DNA of 28,910 nt from Paramecium tetraurelia. Taxonomy: Eukaryota. The notes beneath the pieces were generated by a model. That model made no database searches. It saw nothing but the letters and a program-made list of their open reading frames with translations, and was not told the DNA's origin. The stretch covers positions 62,001 to 90,910 of the forward strand of contig CT867988.1 in NCBI GenBank assembly GCA_000165425.1, written 5' to 3'. This document shows, piece after piece, positions 1 to 12,243 of the stretch (its first letter is position 1; each line of letters starts with the position of its first letter). Position numbers and translations under genes: made by a program.

Positions 1-1293
1 GGCAACAAACCAGATGGATAAATAGAGATGCAATATTGTGTTGTGTTTTGACTAAATAAATGATATAATAATTACTCTTAGCAGCTCTAAAAATTGATTT
101 CTATATGGATTAACTATTAAATTGATTTTCTTATTTTTCAATTCTTTCATCTCCGAATTATTCTCCAATTCTTTATAGAATATATGTTAGAATTCTAACT
201 CAACATTCTTTGTATCATATATCCATTATTACTATTATTTCTCTTCTTTTTAATTCTGAATGGTCTCATCAATAAATATTTAATCTTCACAAAAAAAGGA
301 CATTATTGAATATACTAAAGGCAATTTCGTAAGGAATAGGTAAATTGTGAATAGTCCTACTTCATATCCAAGTGTAAATGAAGTTTTTCTACCAAGTAAA
401 AGGCCATCTAAGATTGGCTAAATTAGTTTATCTAAAATTAACTTCTCCAGAAGAGTAGATAGGAACGGGCATTCGGTTAAGAGATCATTAAAAAACATAA
501 GAACATCTTCAAGTTTATCTAGTTGATCTTGTGAATCTATTTTGAAAGTCCCTAGCATTTATTAGATTTGTAATGTGTATTTATTGTATACTTATTTAAA
601 AGGCGAAGAGGTTAGATAAAGTTTAAATTAAACCATAATTTTAGTTTAATTAACAATAACTGATTCTGTTTGCTTCCCTTTTTTTGGCTCAGATGACACT
701 ATGATGAATATTCTACAATATTGTACATTTTGATAAACTGAGAACTATATTTTAGCTGGTGTTCTTAACTAATTCATCTGGATAGTCAATAAACTTCTAA
801 GCCTACCATAGTAATGGGAAGGTACAATATCGCTAATTGAAATAAAGATAAAAATTTTCTCTATTAATTCTGATAGCAATAGTCTTTAAGAAATTCACAT
901 AATAATCTACTATTTCTGGATTATTAAAGTCGTAGTTATGGTTAATAAAATCATGCAAAGCTGGGTTGCTTAAGGCATAATTTATATTGAGTGGATTTTA
1001 AAGATTAGTGCTATAATGACACAACAATTTACATAACCATGGATGTCCTTTCAATAATAAAAATAGTTAACTGATGATTAGCAGATTTGAGTTTCTGGTA
1101 AAATAGGCTTAATATATTATGTTCAGCCAAATAACTTAATAATCTTGATAGCATACTCAAATATTTCTTCTTTTTGATGATCTCCAAAAAGAAAGTATTC
1201 AGATAATTCTTCTATGATCTATTTATATTTATGGCTCTTTTCAGGCTTTTGGAGATCTAAGTGCAATTTTTTTACATCTTATATTACTTTCAT
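1..1293 (-). CDS. CLEC16A/TT9-like protein with N-terminal FPL domain (3' end runs off the window)
   Basis: ATG at 1293 gives MKVIQDVKKLHLDLQ. After tiny introns it reads YALSNPALHDFINHNYDFNNPEIVDYYVNFLKTIAIRINRENFYLYFNQRYCTFPLLWQAQKFIDYPDELVK, matching the FPL-domain pattern (YLLSN...FDF..EE..YY.SFLKT....FPL). A further intron at about 52-75 suggests the gene continues past position 1. Confidence 0.8.
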
Positions 1294-1920
1294 TAATTAT
1301 AACAAATTTGTATAAATGTATTAATAAAAATCATTAATTTATGGATAATAAAGTTCACCATATTGATTTTGGGAAATAAAAAAAAATTAAAGGCCTTTTT
1401 ATAGCTGTAATTCCCAATGATCTACAATTTTTTTGTCCTTAAAGAATAGTTGAATTTTTATCTCATATTTTTTGCTCTAGTTCATATAAACATAATATTT
1501 GCATAGGTTTAAATGAAAGTCTCAAAAATATTATCGTGAAAGAATTAAATGAGTTTATAAAAGGATCTTGACATACATTACTTTTTCCTAATTTATAACA
1601 ATTTTTATTTATTTAATTGAATGTAAATTAAATGCCAATTTTTCACTACTTTTATGTATTCATTAATTAAAAATCAATTAAATGATTTAAAAAAAGCAAG
1701 TCTAAATTGTAAACAAGAAAATAATATTTGATTTTGTTAAATATTTGTTGTAAGTAATTAACAGGTGAAGCTGTTCATTACTTAGTTTCAATTATCAAAG
1801 TATTATTTAAACATTAAATTGGACATATGATATTAATCAAAGGATTTGCTTACTCATGATACTAAAGAATTTCAACTTTATGATTATAATCTTAATTAAA
1901 TAATTTTTAGAGATAATTAC

Positions 1921-3771
1921 ATGTTCAATGCTATTTCATTTATGTTTCCCCTTTCTACTGTCAATCTCACCAATAATAGAATCAAAACCTTAAGAAATTT
2001 AATAGAACGAAATGGAGGGACTATAGAACTTAACTCTCGAACTATTATGATTGTTGGCTCTGATGCAACATCAGAATCATGCTAGAAATAACTAGAAAAA
2101 ATGCATTTAAACTTTGAATAATATAGATAGCAGTTCATTAATGCAGATTGGATATCTCAATCTCTTCAAGCTAAAAATCTGTTAGATTTTAAGAAATATC
2201 AATTATTTTCTGAAATAGAGCAAAAGCAAAAAAGGGTAAGTCCTTAATCGACAGATACAAAGTTTGTGTACATAGAGTCTTTAGCAAAGACAGTTCCACT
2301 TAAAGAAGATGCAGAGGATTCATTGGATATGGAAAGCGGGGAATATACAATTATTAAACCTGAAATGAGGGAAAAGTATGAGAAGAAAAAATAGGAATTC
2401 AAAAGACAAATGATCAAGGAGAATCGATTTCTATTGGATTATGAATATGACAAAGATTTAGATAACTATCATCATCAAGTGGATGACGGTTATGAATTTT
2501 TATTAGACAATTTTCAAATTTTAAAAAAAGAAGAATTTGATGCTCCTCAATAGAATAAATTTTATGGAGATGAAGATTGTTAAATTACAGAAATTCGTAA
2601 ACCTTCAATAGATATCTTTTAAGGATTGGATATGGGAAAGGCACTTGTAAATGTAGATTAGCCTTTAGTGAATGCATAAATAAAAGAGACTAAGTAATTC
2701 CAGCCAGGGTCCAAACAGTAAATATAATATTGGGAGAACAAAAGAGAGTTCTTCATTTGCGATGCAGGATCAGCCTAAAAATGTTACAATAACTAGATTA
2801 TAGAGGAATTAGAAAAGTTACTAAAAATATATACAAATGAAAAAGACAAAGGAAGATGTATTGCCTATCGAAAGGCTATTGGTTATATAAAGTCATTAAC
2901 CTTTCCAATAAGATCAAGTGAAGATTTAAAGGAGATGCCAACGATTGGAGAAAAAATCAAGAACAAAATAATTGAGATCATCTAAACGGGTTAATTAGTG
3001 AAAGTATAAAAATTGCAAGGATAAGAGAAGAATGTAGCAATCACTTAATTATCTAGAGTTTGGGGGATTGGACCAACAACAGCAGCTACATTTTATTTTA
3101 AAGGAATAAAGACTTTGGATGATTTGAGGAAGAATCAACATTTGTTAAATAGGAATTAATAAGTTTGTTTACAATTGGTAGAGGAATTAGAATAACGGAT
3201 TCCAAGAGATGAGGCAACAATTATTTATGATATTGTGAAAAGGGAAATCGATGACTTAAGTGGAGTGCCGGGATTATACAAGGCTACGGCTTGTGGTTCA
3301 TATAGAAGAGAAAAGGAGACTTGTGGAGATATGGATATTTTAATAACAAGATGTGATGGAAAGAATACTGATGGTTTCTTATTGAATTTAATTTAACGGT
3401 TAGAAGGAAAATTGCTTACTCATCATCTCACAATACCTAGGAGGGGAGAACATGACACTGAGTCATATATGGGGATTGGAAGAATCAGTAATAATGCAAT
3501 TCATCGTAGAATAGATTTAAAATTTTATCCTAAAGAACAGTATGGTTGTGCAGTTTTGTATTTCACTGGTTCTGATCAATACAACAGAAGTATGAGGCTA
3601 TGGGCTTAAAAAATTGGATATAGTCTAAGTGATCATGGTCTCTATCCAACTTAAAGAGGTTCTCAAAATAAGGAATTATGGAAAGGAGAAGTGATAGCTT
3701 GTGAGGAAGAAATCGATGTTTATAGAATTCTTGGGTTGTAATACAAACCACCTAAAGAGAGATCAGTATGA
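1921..3771 (+). CDS. DNA polymerase X family, Pol lambda-like (BRCT, acidic linker, 8-kDa lyase and nucleotidyltransferase domains)
   Basis: Apparently intronless 1851-nt ORF in code 6. N-terminal BRCT-like segment (IERNGG...[11 protein letters not shown]), HhH motifs ([14 protein letters not shown]), [40 protein letters not shown], and C-terminal [14 protein letters not shown]. Confidence 0.95.
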
Positions 3772-3829
3772 TTTAAATTCGTTAATATAATACTCTTATT
3801 ATAATATACATAAACTCAATAGAACTTTA

Positions 3830-4641
3830 TCAATTTTACAGCAGAAAATCGTATTCTATATGTGAATTCAACCGATATAAGGCATTTGGTAACAATTAAG
3901 GATAAGAATTCTCAGATTCTTCTGACATATCAACACCAATCTTTTATTCCTCAAAAAAGGTGTTTGTATCAATGACAGAGTACGATTTTTCATAATTTAC
4001 TGGGACCATTGCACTCTCACTTGATAGGTCTTCAACTTTAACAAGAGGAGATGAGATTGTTTATTAGGTTTCCTTTTGAGAGATTACGGAAAAAACTGAA
4101 ACAAGAGTCAAGAGAGCGAGACCTATTTTACCTAATCTCGAACAACGACCTAATTGTTGGAGAATAGACAATTAATCTCGTATTTTTGAGCTCTTGTTTG
4201 TTAATTTTTGATGTTTAGTTTGTAGCTCTTCCAATTGCTTCCTCAATTAAGCATTGTAATTTAATTCTTTTTGAGCCTAATTTTCTAATTGTTGTAAATA
4301 TTATTTCTTCCTATCTCTAGAGTTTTATGCACTGATTCTATTTCTTATCATTTATATAGTTTTCTTATCATTCTCCCTTAGAGGATCATCATCTTATTTC
4401 TTTCTCTTTATTTTCTTACTACTCTAAACTATTTCAGGTTCCTCCTTATGTTTTCGTTATTTTGCCTTCTCTCTTCTCATTGTACGCTTCAACTTCTCTA
4501 CAAGTTTTTGGAAATCTTAAAAATTATTAGAATTTTCTTCTTACTTTATGGGTTAGATTTTTGCATCTCCATGAGTCCTTCTTAAGACGTTTATAGAGTC
4601 TCACTCATATACTCAAAGAATTCTTGTTAACTAGTACTCAT
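3830..4641 (-). CDS. bZIP transcription factor with post-zipper hydrophobic (putative TM) segment
   Basis: ATG 4641, one 29-nt intron (4516-4544), TGA 3830-3832. The basic region MIRNRISAQNSRDRKKQYLQQLE is followed by a heptad region, then LGKIGLALLTLVSVFSVIS and an acidic tail. Confidence 0.85.
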
Positions 4642-5442
4642 TTTGCTAAAGATTTATATTAAAATATTGGATTAAAAACGATAAATTTTATTCGCTTAAT
4701 ACACAACCTTTGTGAAATAACTGCAATACCATAATTTAATGTTACTAAATTATTATCCCAATAAACTCCAGTCTACTATAAACATTCTTCCCCTCCTTTA
4801 ACTATCCTATTGATCAATTAATTTTTAACTAAGTACTACAGGAGTTGAATACAATAAAATACAAAAAACAGATTCAGAATACATCCTTCAATTCAAGTGT
4901 TTAGTAGAAAACATATATTTAAGTTAAACAAACTGGATTTAACATAACATCATTATATTGAAATAATGGTTTTTAAATTAGTTTATTTTTCACATAAAAC
5001 TTATTTCTATATATAATTTAATATAATAAAAATCTCTAAAACTCTTCAACCTTATAATAATTCTTTATGTTTACAAAGAGAATTGAAAAATAATCTAATC
5101 CTTTAATATTGTTACTAGATAAAGAAGAATGTTAATTTAGGGGCATACTAATTAAACGAAATATAATAAGTTTATTTTCAGGTTCTATTGATGTGCCCTT
5201 GAAATCATTTAAAAAATATTAGAAAATTCATTATAAAATGTTGAATTCTAAAAGATTCTTGTATCAAGTTTTCAACTTAATTTCATTTATAAGAAAATAG
5301 CTTTTACTTATTTACATTAAGATATTAAATGAGAAGGATATTTTTTGTGAATTTGCACTAAATTCATAGATTTTTGTAATTCAAGCATGTAATAGTGATT
5401 ATTTTTTTATCGTTTTTTAATTATTAATATTATAGATAATCA

Positions 5443-6272
5443 ATGAAGACTCTAATACTTGTAGTATTAATTTGCTATTGCGGTTCCTAAATGTTAAGAG
5501 GGTCACCTAAGTCTTTAATTGAAGAAGAGCAAGGTAAATGTGAATGATGAATGGCAGCAATATTCGAGAGTGAATTAGAAGATTAAAGCTTTTATGTAGG
5601 GAGCAATGATGTATCGGCAGAGACTCTCGAAGGTTAGGAGACAGTGGAAGTAGATGCAAGTTTGGCAGTGTTTAAAAGCGACGATAACCCCATGGTGTAC
5701 GTTGAGGAGCCAATAGAATCAAGTATTTATATAAAAAATAAATGCGAAGATTAAGAGTAAAATATTGAGCAATAAGAATCTTTGAAAATTGAGAAGGTTG
5801 ATGAAGAGATCTAGTATAATTTTACAATAGATAATAAAGAGCATAAGAATTACCCGAAGCAACAAATGATTAAGCTAATTTTGTCGATAAAGCAATAATA
5901 TTGGATCCAGAATAAGATCAATAGGCATCTCAGAATAGCTAAACTGATGTTGTTTTGAACATAGCTCCCAAGACAGAGTCATTAACTAGTTCTGATGCTA
6001 ATAAAAAGCATATCTATGTTTACAATCGTACATTTGACTCTTACTAACTTAGCTTTGGCAAAGAAACCTTTTGTTGGTATTAAGTACCCACCAATGCCAG
6101 TGACAAAGGATCGCAATTATTTGTCAAACTCTGAAAGTCTGACTATCAAATTGCCTGCATGGTCTGAGCAAAGTAATCACAGAGTTGAAGATGATTTGGA
6201 ATTCTTCCAATTTATTAGACGTATACACCCTTTAATATAGTAGCATCTGATGTATCAGTTAATGAATATTGA
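5443..6272 (+). CDS. Hypothetical secreted acidic protein
   Basis: Signal-peptide-like start MKTLILVVLICYCGS and an E/D/Q-rich body. The frame is kept by about four tiny GT-AG introns (first at 5534-5557); the likely stop is TGA 6270-6272. Later intron boundaries are inferred. Confidence 0.65.
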
Positions 6273-6340
6273 AAGAACATTTATTATATAATTCATTTTT
6301 TTCAAAGTTGCAAAAATCTAAAAATATTATATAATAAATA

Positions 6341-9300
6341 ATGTAACAAGAAGAGAAAAAGAAAGGGGACGGTGGGAAAATGGAGACCATAGTAAGAATA
6401 CATTAAATCTGTAGAAAATTATGAATGGTTTCACTGATAAGGAATGGAATCATCTTGATAGGATAGAGAGAATTGAGCTTACTCTTGAAGATTTTGGGAG
6501 AATGAATGTTATTTAGGTATTCAAAAATTTGAGATCTTTGACTCTTATAAATGTAGGGATTACAATTATTGAAGTATGAATTGAGTTATTTAACAAAAGG
6601 GATTGGATGAATTGTCCAAGTTGGAGGAATTAAATTTGAATGAGAATTCAATTACCAAATTGAATGGACTAAAGGGGATCGTTAATGTAAAATCCATATA
6701 CATATCACATAATGCAATCCAAAAAATTGAGGGATTGGAAAATCTCACTAAATTGGAGACTTTGTGGCTTTGCGATAATAAAATTGATGCAATTCAAAAT
6801 TTAGAAAATTTAGTTAATTTGAGATAATTATGGTTAGCAGCCAATCAAATAAGTTACTTAAGAACATCTCTTGACCGACTTAAGAATTTACATGATTTGA
6901 ATATAAGTGGAAACAAAATTTGTAGTTTTAAAGAGGCATTAAATTTAAATCGTTTACCAAACCTAAAGGTTTTAGCATTTTACGATCCTCATTTTGGTGA
7001 TAATCCTATTTGCAACCTGTGCAACTATTAGACCTATGTTTTATATCATTTAAGAAACATTTACAAATTAGACACTTTAATTATATCAGAGGAGTAGAAA
7101 TCTTTTGCTGAAGGTACTTTTATGAAAAAGAAAATGTATTATAATATGAGAATTAAGACCATGTAGAGGACATTTTCAACCTTATGCAAGCTATTAAAGA
7201 AAGGCAAGAAAATTAAGATGGATTCCTTATGTGAAGACATTTCAAATTTGAATATAAAATTAGCACAAGAGGCTGACAAAGAAAGACAATAATAATTAGA
7301 GAATAAGCAGGAGGAATATGAAAATTAAAATGATATTTATAACAGTATAAAAAAGAAGGTTTATGAATATTGTAATCAAAGTATACACAAATTAATAACT
7401 GAATTGGAAACAGGTGGAAACATCAGATTAGAAGAAGGTAAAGCAAGTGAGAAGTGGTATGTTTCTTGTGTTGATCTTATCAATTCTAGATTTCACTCTG
7501 AAAATATGGCTTAGTATGGGATTAAGGATATTCAAATCAAGAGAGTAGTGAGGATTCATAACAAATTCATTCGAAATAAGTTTGAAGAAAAGATGGAATC
7601 TCTTGTGGATGTATCCAATCAGAGCCATAAGAAATCATTAGAGTATCTCTTTTACGGAGTAGACCCTAATTTTTAATCTGAAATTTATAATGTGATTGAA
7701 GAAGGTTTCAGAGGTTGTTAAGTAAATAAATAATATAAATTAAGGAATCAAAATAAATTGGATTAAGTGCATATACACCATTAGTGAATAGCATTTTGGG
7801 AGCAGATGCATCAAGAATTCAATATATTTTGAATGGATAAGATCATAAACAGAAATTGAACAAAAGTTTTATTAGAAGGAGGTTATTTATTTCATATATG
7901 TTAGATTATAATATAACAATTAGAATGTGATCCCTCCAGGAGTCTTGCTCATTTGTAAAGTTCTTATGATTAAGTCTGTTCCTGATTCAAAGTATCCATA
8001 TTTCAATCCTGAACAACCATGGAGTGAGATGTTTTAGAAATAATCGATTGATGGAAAATAATATTAAGATGAATATACGGTTTATAGATAAATGGAGAAT
8101 GATCCAAAACACAGATTATGGTTTGTTTTAGATAACAATTTAGTTTTACCAGAATACTTTGCAGAATTTGAATATGTAATGAAATCACCATTACAAAATA
8201 AAATTGCTGACTTCGGTTCTGCATTAGGTGTTCTAGAATAAGAAGATGATGATTTCATCACTCCTGCTAACATCAATTTGTAGAAGGAAAACATCAATGA
8301 TTAATATAATTAATTGGCAGACGATTTAAATACTTATTAGTTTGAGAATTTAGAAGAATATCCTACTTATGAACTTAAGGCATAGGATTTGGATCGATCA
8401 GAATGTGCCTCATTAAAACCAGCTTTAATAAATTATTTTAAATATTGTCTAAGTAGATCAACATTGTATGAATTGAATCCAAATTTAGTTGGCACACCAG
8501 ATTTGAATGAAATTCTTAAGAATTAGACTTAATTTTTAAATTTAAGTAATTGTTGTGTGCAAGACATTACTTTTGTAAAAGGTCAATTTCACACTCTAAT
8601 TTTAAGTTATAATAAAATAAGTACCATTAATGGTTTGAATGAATTACCAAATTTGGTAAGACTAGATTTATCGCATAATGAAATTAGCAATTTGAATGGG
8701 TTGTAACACTTGAATAGTTTGGAAGTCTTGGATTTAACACATAACAATATCTAAGACATTGATTAGATTGCTTTACTTAAATACAATTAGTCATTAAAGT
8801 ATTTATGTGTTGCGTTTAATCCAATTAATGAGTACAAGGAAACAAGAAAAGAAATAGTAATGATTTTGAATACTTTATAATTTTTGGATCATTTACCAGT
8901 AACAGATGAAGACAAAGAGAAAACAACCAATCAAAAGCAATTAATCACAACGGCCATGCTTCAAACATTCAGCAAAGTCTAAATGGATTGGAAGTAAAAT
9001 ATTCAATCAGTAATGATTACTCATTAGAAATTGAGTAGTATGAAAGGATTGGAAGGTTTGGTACAATTGAGACATTTAAATCTGGGTCACAACAAAATAA
9101 CATAGATAACTTCATTATAGGATTCAGTACTATTGGAGGAATTAAATTTAGAAAAGAATTAGATCATTTAAATTTAGGAATTGGATAACATGCAATATTT
9201 AAAGAAGCTAGAATTAGGAGGCAATAAAATATCTATAATAGATGGAATTTCTAATCTTATTAACTTGATGCAATTGTCATTAGAAGACAATGCAATACTT

Positions 9301-10492
9301 AATCTGAAAGAATTTCCAGATCTCAAAAGTCTTATGGAAATATATTTAGGAAATAACAATATTACAAACTAAAAGGAAATTAACAATATTAAACATTTAC
9401 AAAAGTTAATCATTTTAGATCTCTCTGGTAATCCCTTTGCTAGAGATACTAATTATAGAGCTTATGTACTCTATATCATTCCAAAGCTTAAGGTTTTGGA
9501 TGGTATTTCAATTGAAGCTTAGGAATAATAGATGGCTAAGAATCTATACACTGGTAGATTAACAGATGAGATTCTCTACTCTAGATTATAAGGGTAACCA
9601 GCAAATAAAATAACAGAATTATGTTTACAAAATTGTGAACTCAGAGATTTTGAGGATGTATTCAACGCTTAATAATTTCCATAACTTGTTGAATTGGATT
9701 TGAGTCACAATTTATTCACTTCTACAAAAATGCTTGGATTCTTGCCACAATTGAAAATCTTGATTTTAGCATCCAATAAAATTGATACTCTTCTTTATCC
9801 AAATGATATTAATTCAAAAAAAGGTCTGAATGGATGTCAACAATTATAAATTTTAGACATCTCCTAAAACTGCCTAAAAGAATTTAATGGTCTATAATAT
9901 TGTTTACTTAAGGAATTAAAAATTATGAAATGTGAAAAAAATGAAATTGTCAGGGTTGATTACTTGGAAAATTTGAAATAGTTGAAAGAATTAGATTTAA
10001 ACTAAAATAAAGTAAGGCAGTTCGATCCTCAATCATTTGCTGGATCTAATCCTATTAGATGCTTGAAGATAGATGGAAATGGACTCAAGAATTTTTAGAA
10101 TATTTAAAAATTATATAAATTATTGGTATCTATAAATTTAAACCTAGCATTTATTTGCTAATTCAAATAGAATTAATGATTTACCAGACATCGAGCACTT
10201 AGTTCCATTAACACAACTTAAGGAATTAGAATTAGTTGGAAATTCTTTAAGTCGAAGACCTGGTTATAGATAAATGGTACTTAGGAAGTTGCCTACAATT
10301 TTGTATTTGGATGGCAGAGTATATAAATTATTCTATTCCTACTCTAGGAAGTTACTACAAGAAGAAAGAGAGAGATTAGAGCTAGTTGATAGACAAGCTG
10401 TGCTTCCAACAATGTAAATTTAATAACAGCCAAATACAAAAGTTCCTGTTAAATTAAGTTCGATCAATTTTGATGGAATCTTTAGTAAATGA
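6341..10492 (+). CDS. LRRC9: LRRC9-like protein: N-terminal LRRs, central ART/PARP-like domain, C-terminal LRRs
   Basis: Many SDS22-like LRRs (LEELNLNENSITKLNGL) and LRR caps (GDNPICNLCNYQTYVLYHL; GNPFARDTNYRAYVL). It has the signature MKKKMYYNMRIKT, then ELETGGNIRLEEG...IKRVVRIHNKFIRNKFEEK...LEYLFYG...LLICKV...LVLPEYF. Ends SINFDGIFSK*, with several 20-30 nt introns. Confidence 0.85.
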
Positions 10493-10871
10493 AAATATCA
10501 ATAATTTCTATTTAATAATCATTTAACATTATTAATGAATTAAAATTATTAGAATTGTATTAGTAAACTAATCCAATAATGAAAATATATATACCCTTCA
10601 AAATGTTAAATTTCAAGAATCAATTATGATTAATATTATTATGGTATCTTAAATATTTATGATTTTATTCATTTTATTGATTATTCAATTCAAGATAGAA
10701 TTAAATTTCAATTTATCTATGATAGGAATAGATTAGATTGATTGATATAGATTAAATAAAAAATTAAACTAGTAATTTTAATGAGTGTAAGAACAAGGTC
10801 TAATGTACTAATGAAATATAATTATACATTATTTTCATTTTATATAAAGAGCATCTTGAATTTAATTATTA

Positions 10872-11843
10872 ATGCAATAACAAACAGGAAAATTCATGGA
10901 ATTCATTAATAGTAGCGACAAGCTAAGAATGAATGAGTTGAAACAAATAGAACAAGAATAATACTATATTAGTTAGCTGAAAGAATAAAGGGAGAGAGTA
11001 CTAATTTATTGAAATAACATTATAGATGGAAGTTCTAAAAGTTGAATTTTTGAAGAAGGATTAGGTAATTGGGGAATTGTAGATTCAAAATTAGAATTTG
11101 ATGGATGATCTTTCAGAGCTCCGAGCTGCTTTATAAGAACAGATGAAAAATCAAGAGAAAGAGATGAATAGATCCAAGAAATACATTTAAGAAAGAGATG
11201 ACTTAATGAGAGATTTTTAAGAGTTAAGTGACTTAGTATAACATTTGAGAAAGGAAAATGATAATTTGAATGTGAGTAAAAATTATAAATTTAGTCGTTA
11301 CATTTGGATTAATAGCGACAAAAAGAAGAGCAGAGAATGTAATGGGAGATAGAAAATGAGTAATTGAAAGCTGAAATCTAAAAGTTAGATAATTTATTAT
11401 TTGCAATGGAACCTATAAAAGAGGAAAATCAGATATTGAAAGAAGAATTGAAGAATTACAAAAGTGAGAGAAAGAAAATCTAGAATGAAATGAAATAAAA
11501 TAGGATAGAAATAAATAAATAATTAGAGGAATTAAAGCAAGTGATATAGGATTAATAGTAAGAGATAAAGAAATTGCAGTAGTATAAGGAAAGTCATCAT
11601 TAGATGAAATATTAGTTAAATGAATTAGATAGACAAATGGGAATAGTGAAGTAAGAGAATGAGAAAATGAAATAGGAATTGAAGAGATTTTATGAAAAGG
11701 AATAAAGTGAGATAAAGAGGAAATCTGAAATTGACAGAGTATATTATTGTTTAAATGCTTAGGTGAGACAAGATTTAATTTCAGTAAGGAATTAGGAAGT
11801 CGAGAAATTAAATGAAATATTTAAGGGTATGTAAATTCCTTGA
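10872..11843 (+). CDS. Hypothetical coiled-coil protein
   Basis: Starts MQQQTGKFMEFINSSDKLRMNELKQIEQE and is E/K/Q/L heptad-rich throughout. Two or three tiny introns; TGA 11841-11843. The start codon is somewhat uncertain. Confidence 0.7.
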
Positions 11844-12243
11844 GTTTTAATACTAAATTTAATTTTTATAGCATCAAATTCTCTTATTTTAGTAAATATT
11901 TAAATTAAATAAAGTGTGCTAGAATTTATTAGGCATATCTTAATAAAATCAATTCAATTCATCTTTTGAGTTTGATGATATTAATCTTAATCTTTACAAA
12001 ATTAATTAATATATTTTGAAGCTTTTAGATAAAAGTATCCATTAAATTTTATAATTCATAACTTATTTACTAATATTGTCCCCTTTATATGTTTGTTAAT
12101 AAATAGATTATAAAATATAATTTATCGAATTAAGATCTAAATAATAGTATATAAAGGAAAAGTTTTGAGTAATGGACAAATCAGCGAATGATAGAGAGAG
12201 AAATTTATATGAAATTTAATATTTATATTTGATTTATGAATTC

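Noticed and set aside
4115..4160. Two adjacent weak hairpins with repeated TAGGT just upstream of the bZIP hydrophobic segment (possible IRE1-type splice substrate)
   Set aside because: The loops lack the CNG-CNG consensus, and the repeat spacings (18 and 27 nt) are multiples of 3, so excision would not shift the frame. The repeats are explained by Leu/Ile-Gly codons.
10720..10755. Short GATA/GATT-type repeat run
   Set aside because: Imperfect, brief low-complexity tract; not telomeric (no G3-4T2-3 repeats) and not an array.
10781..10870. Upstream ATG and TA-flanked inverted repeat (AATGAAA...TTTCATT) as a retained IES or alternative first exon
   Set aside because: No excision or intron I tried joins ATG 10781 in frame to the coiled-coil ORF. 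The ends do not match the IES consensus, and such hairpins are common in AT-rich DNA.
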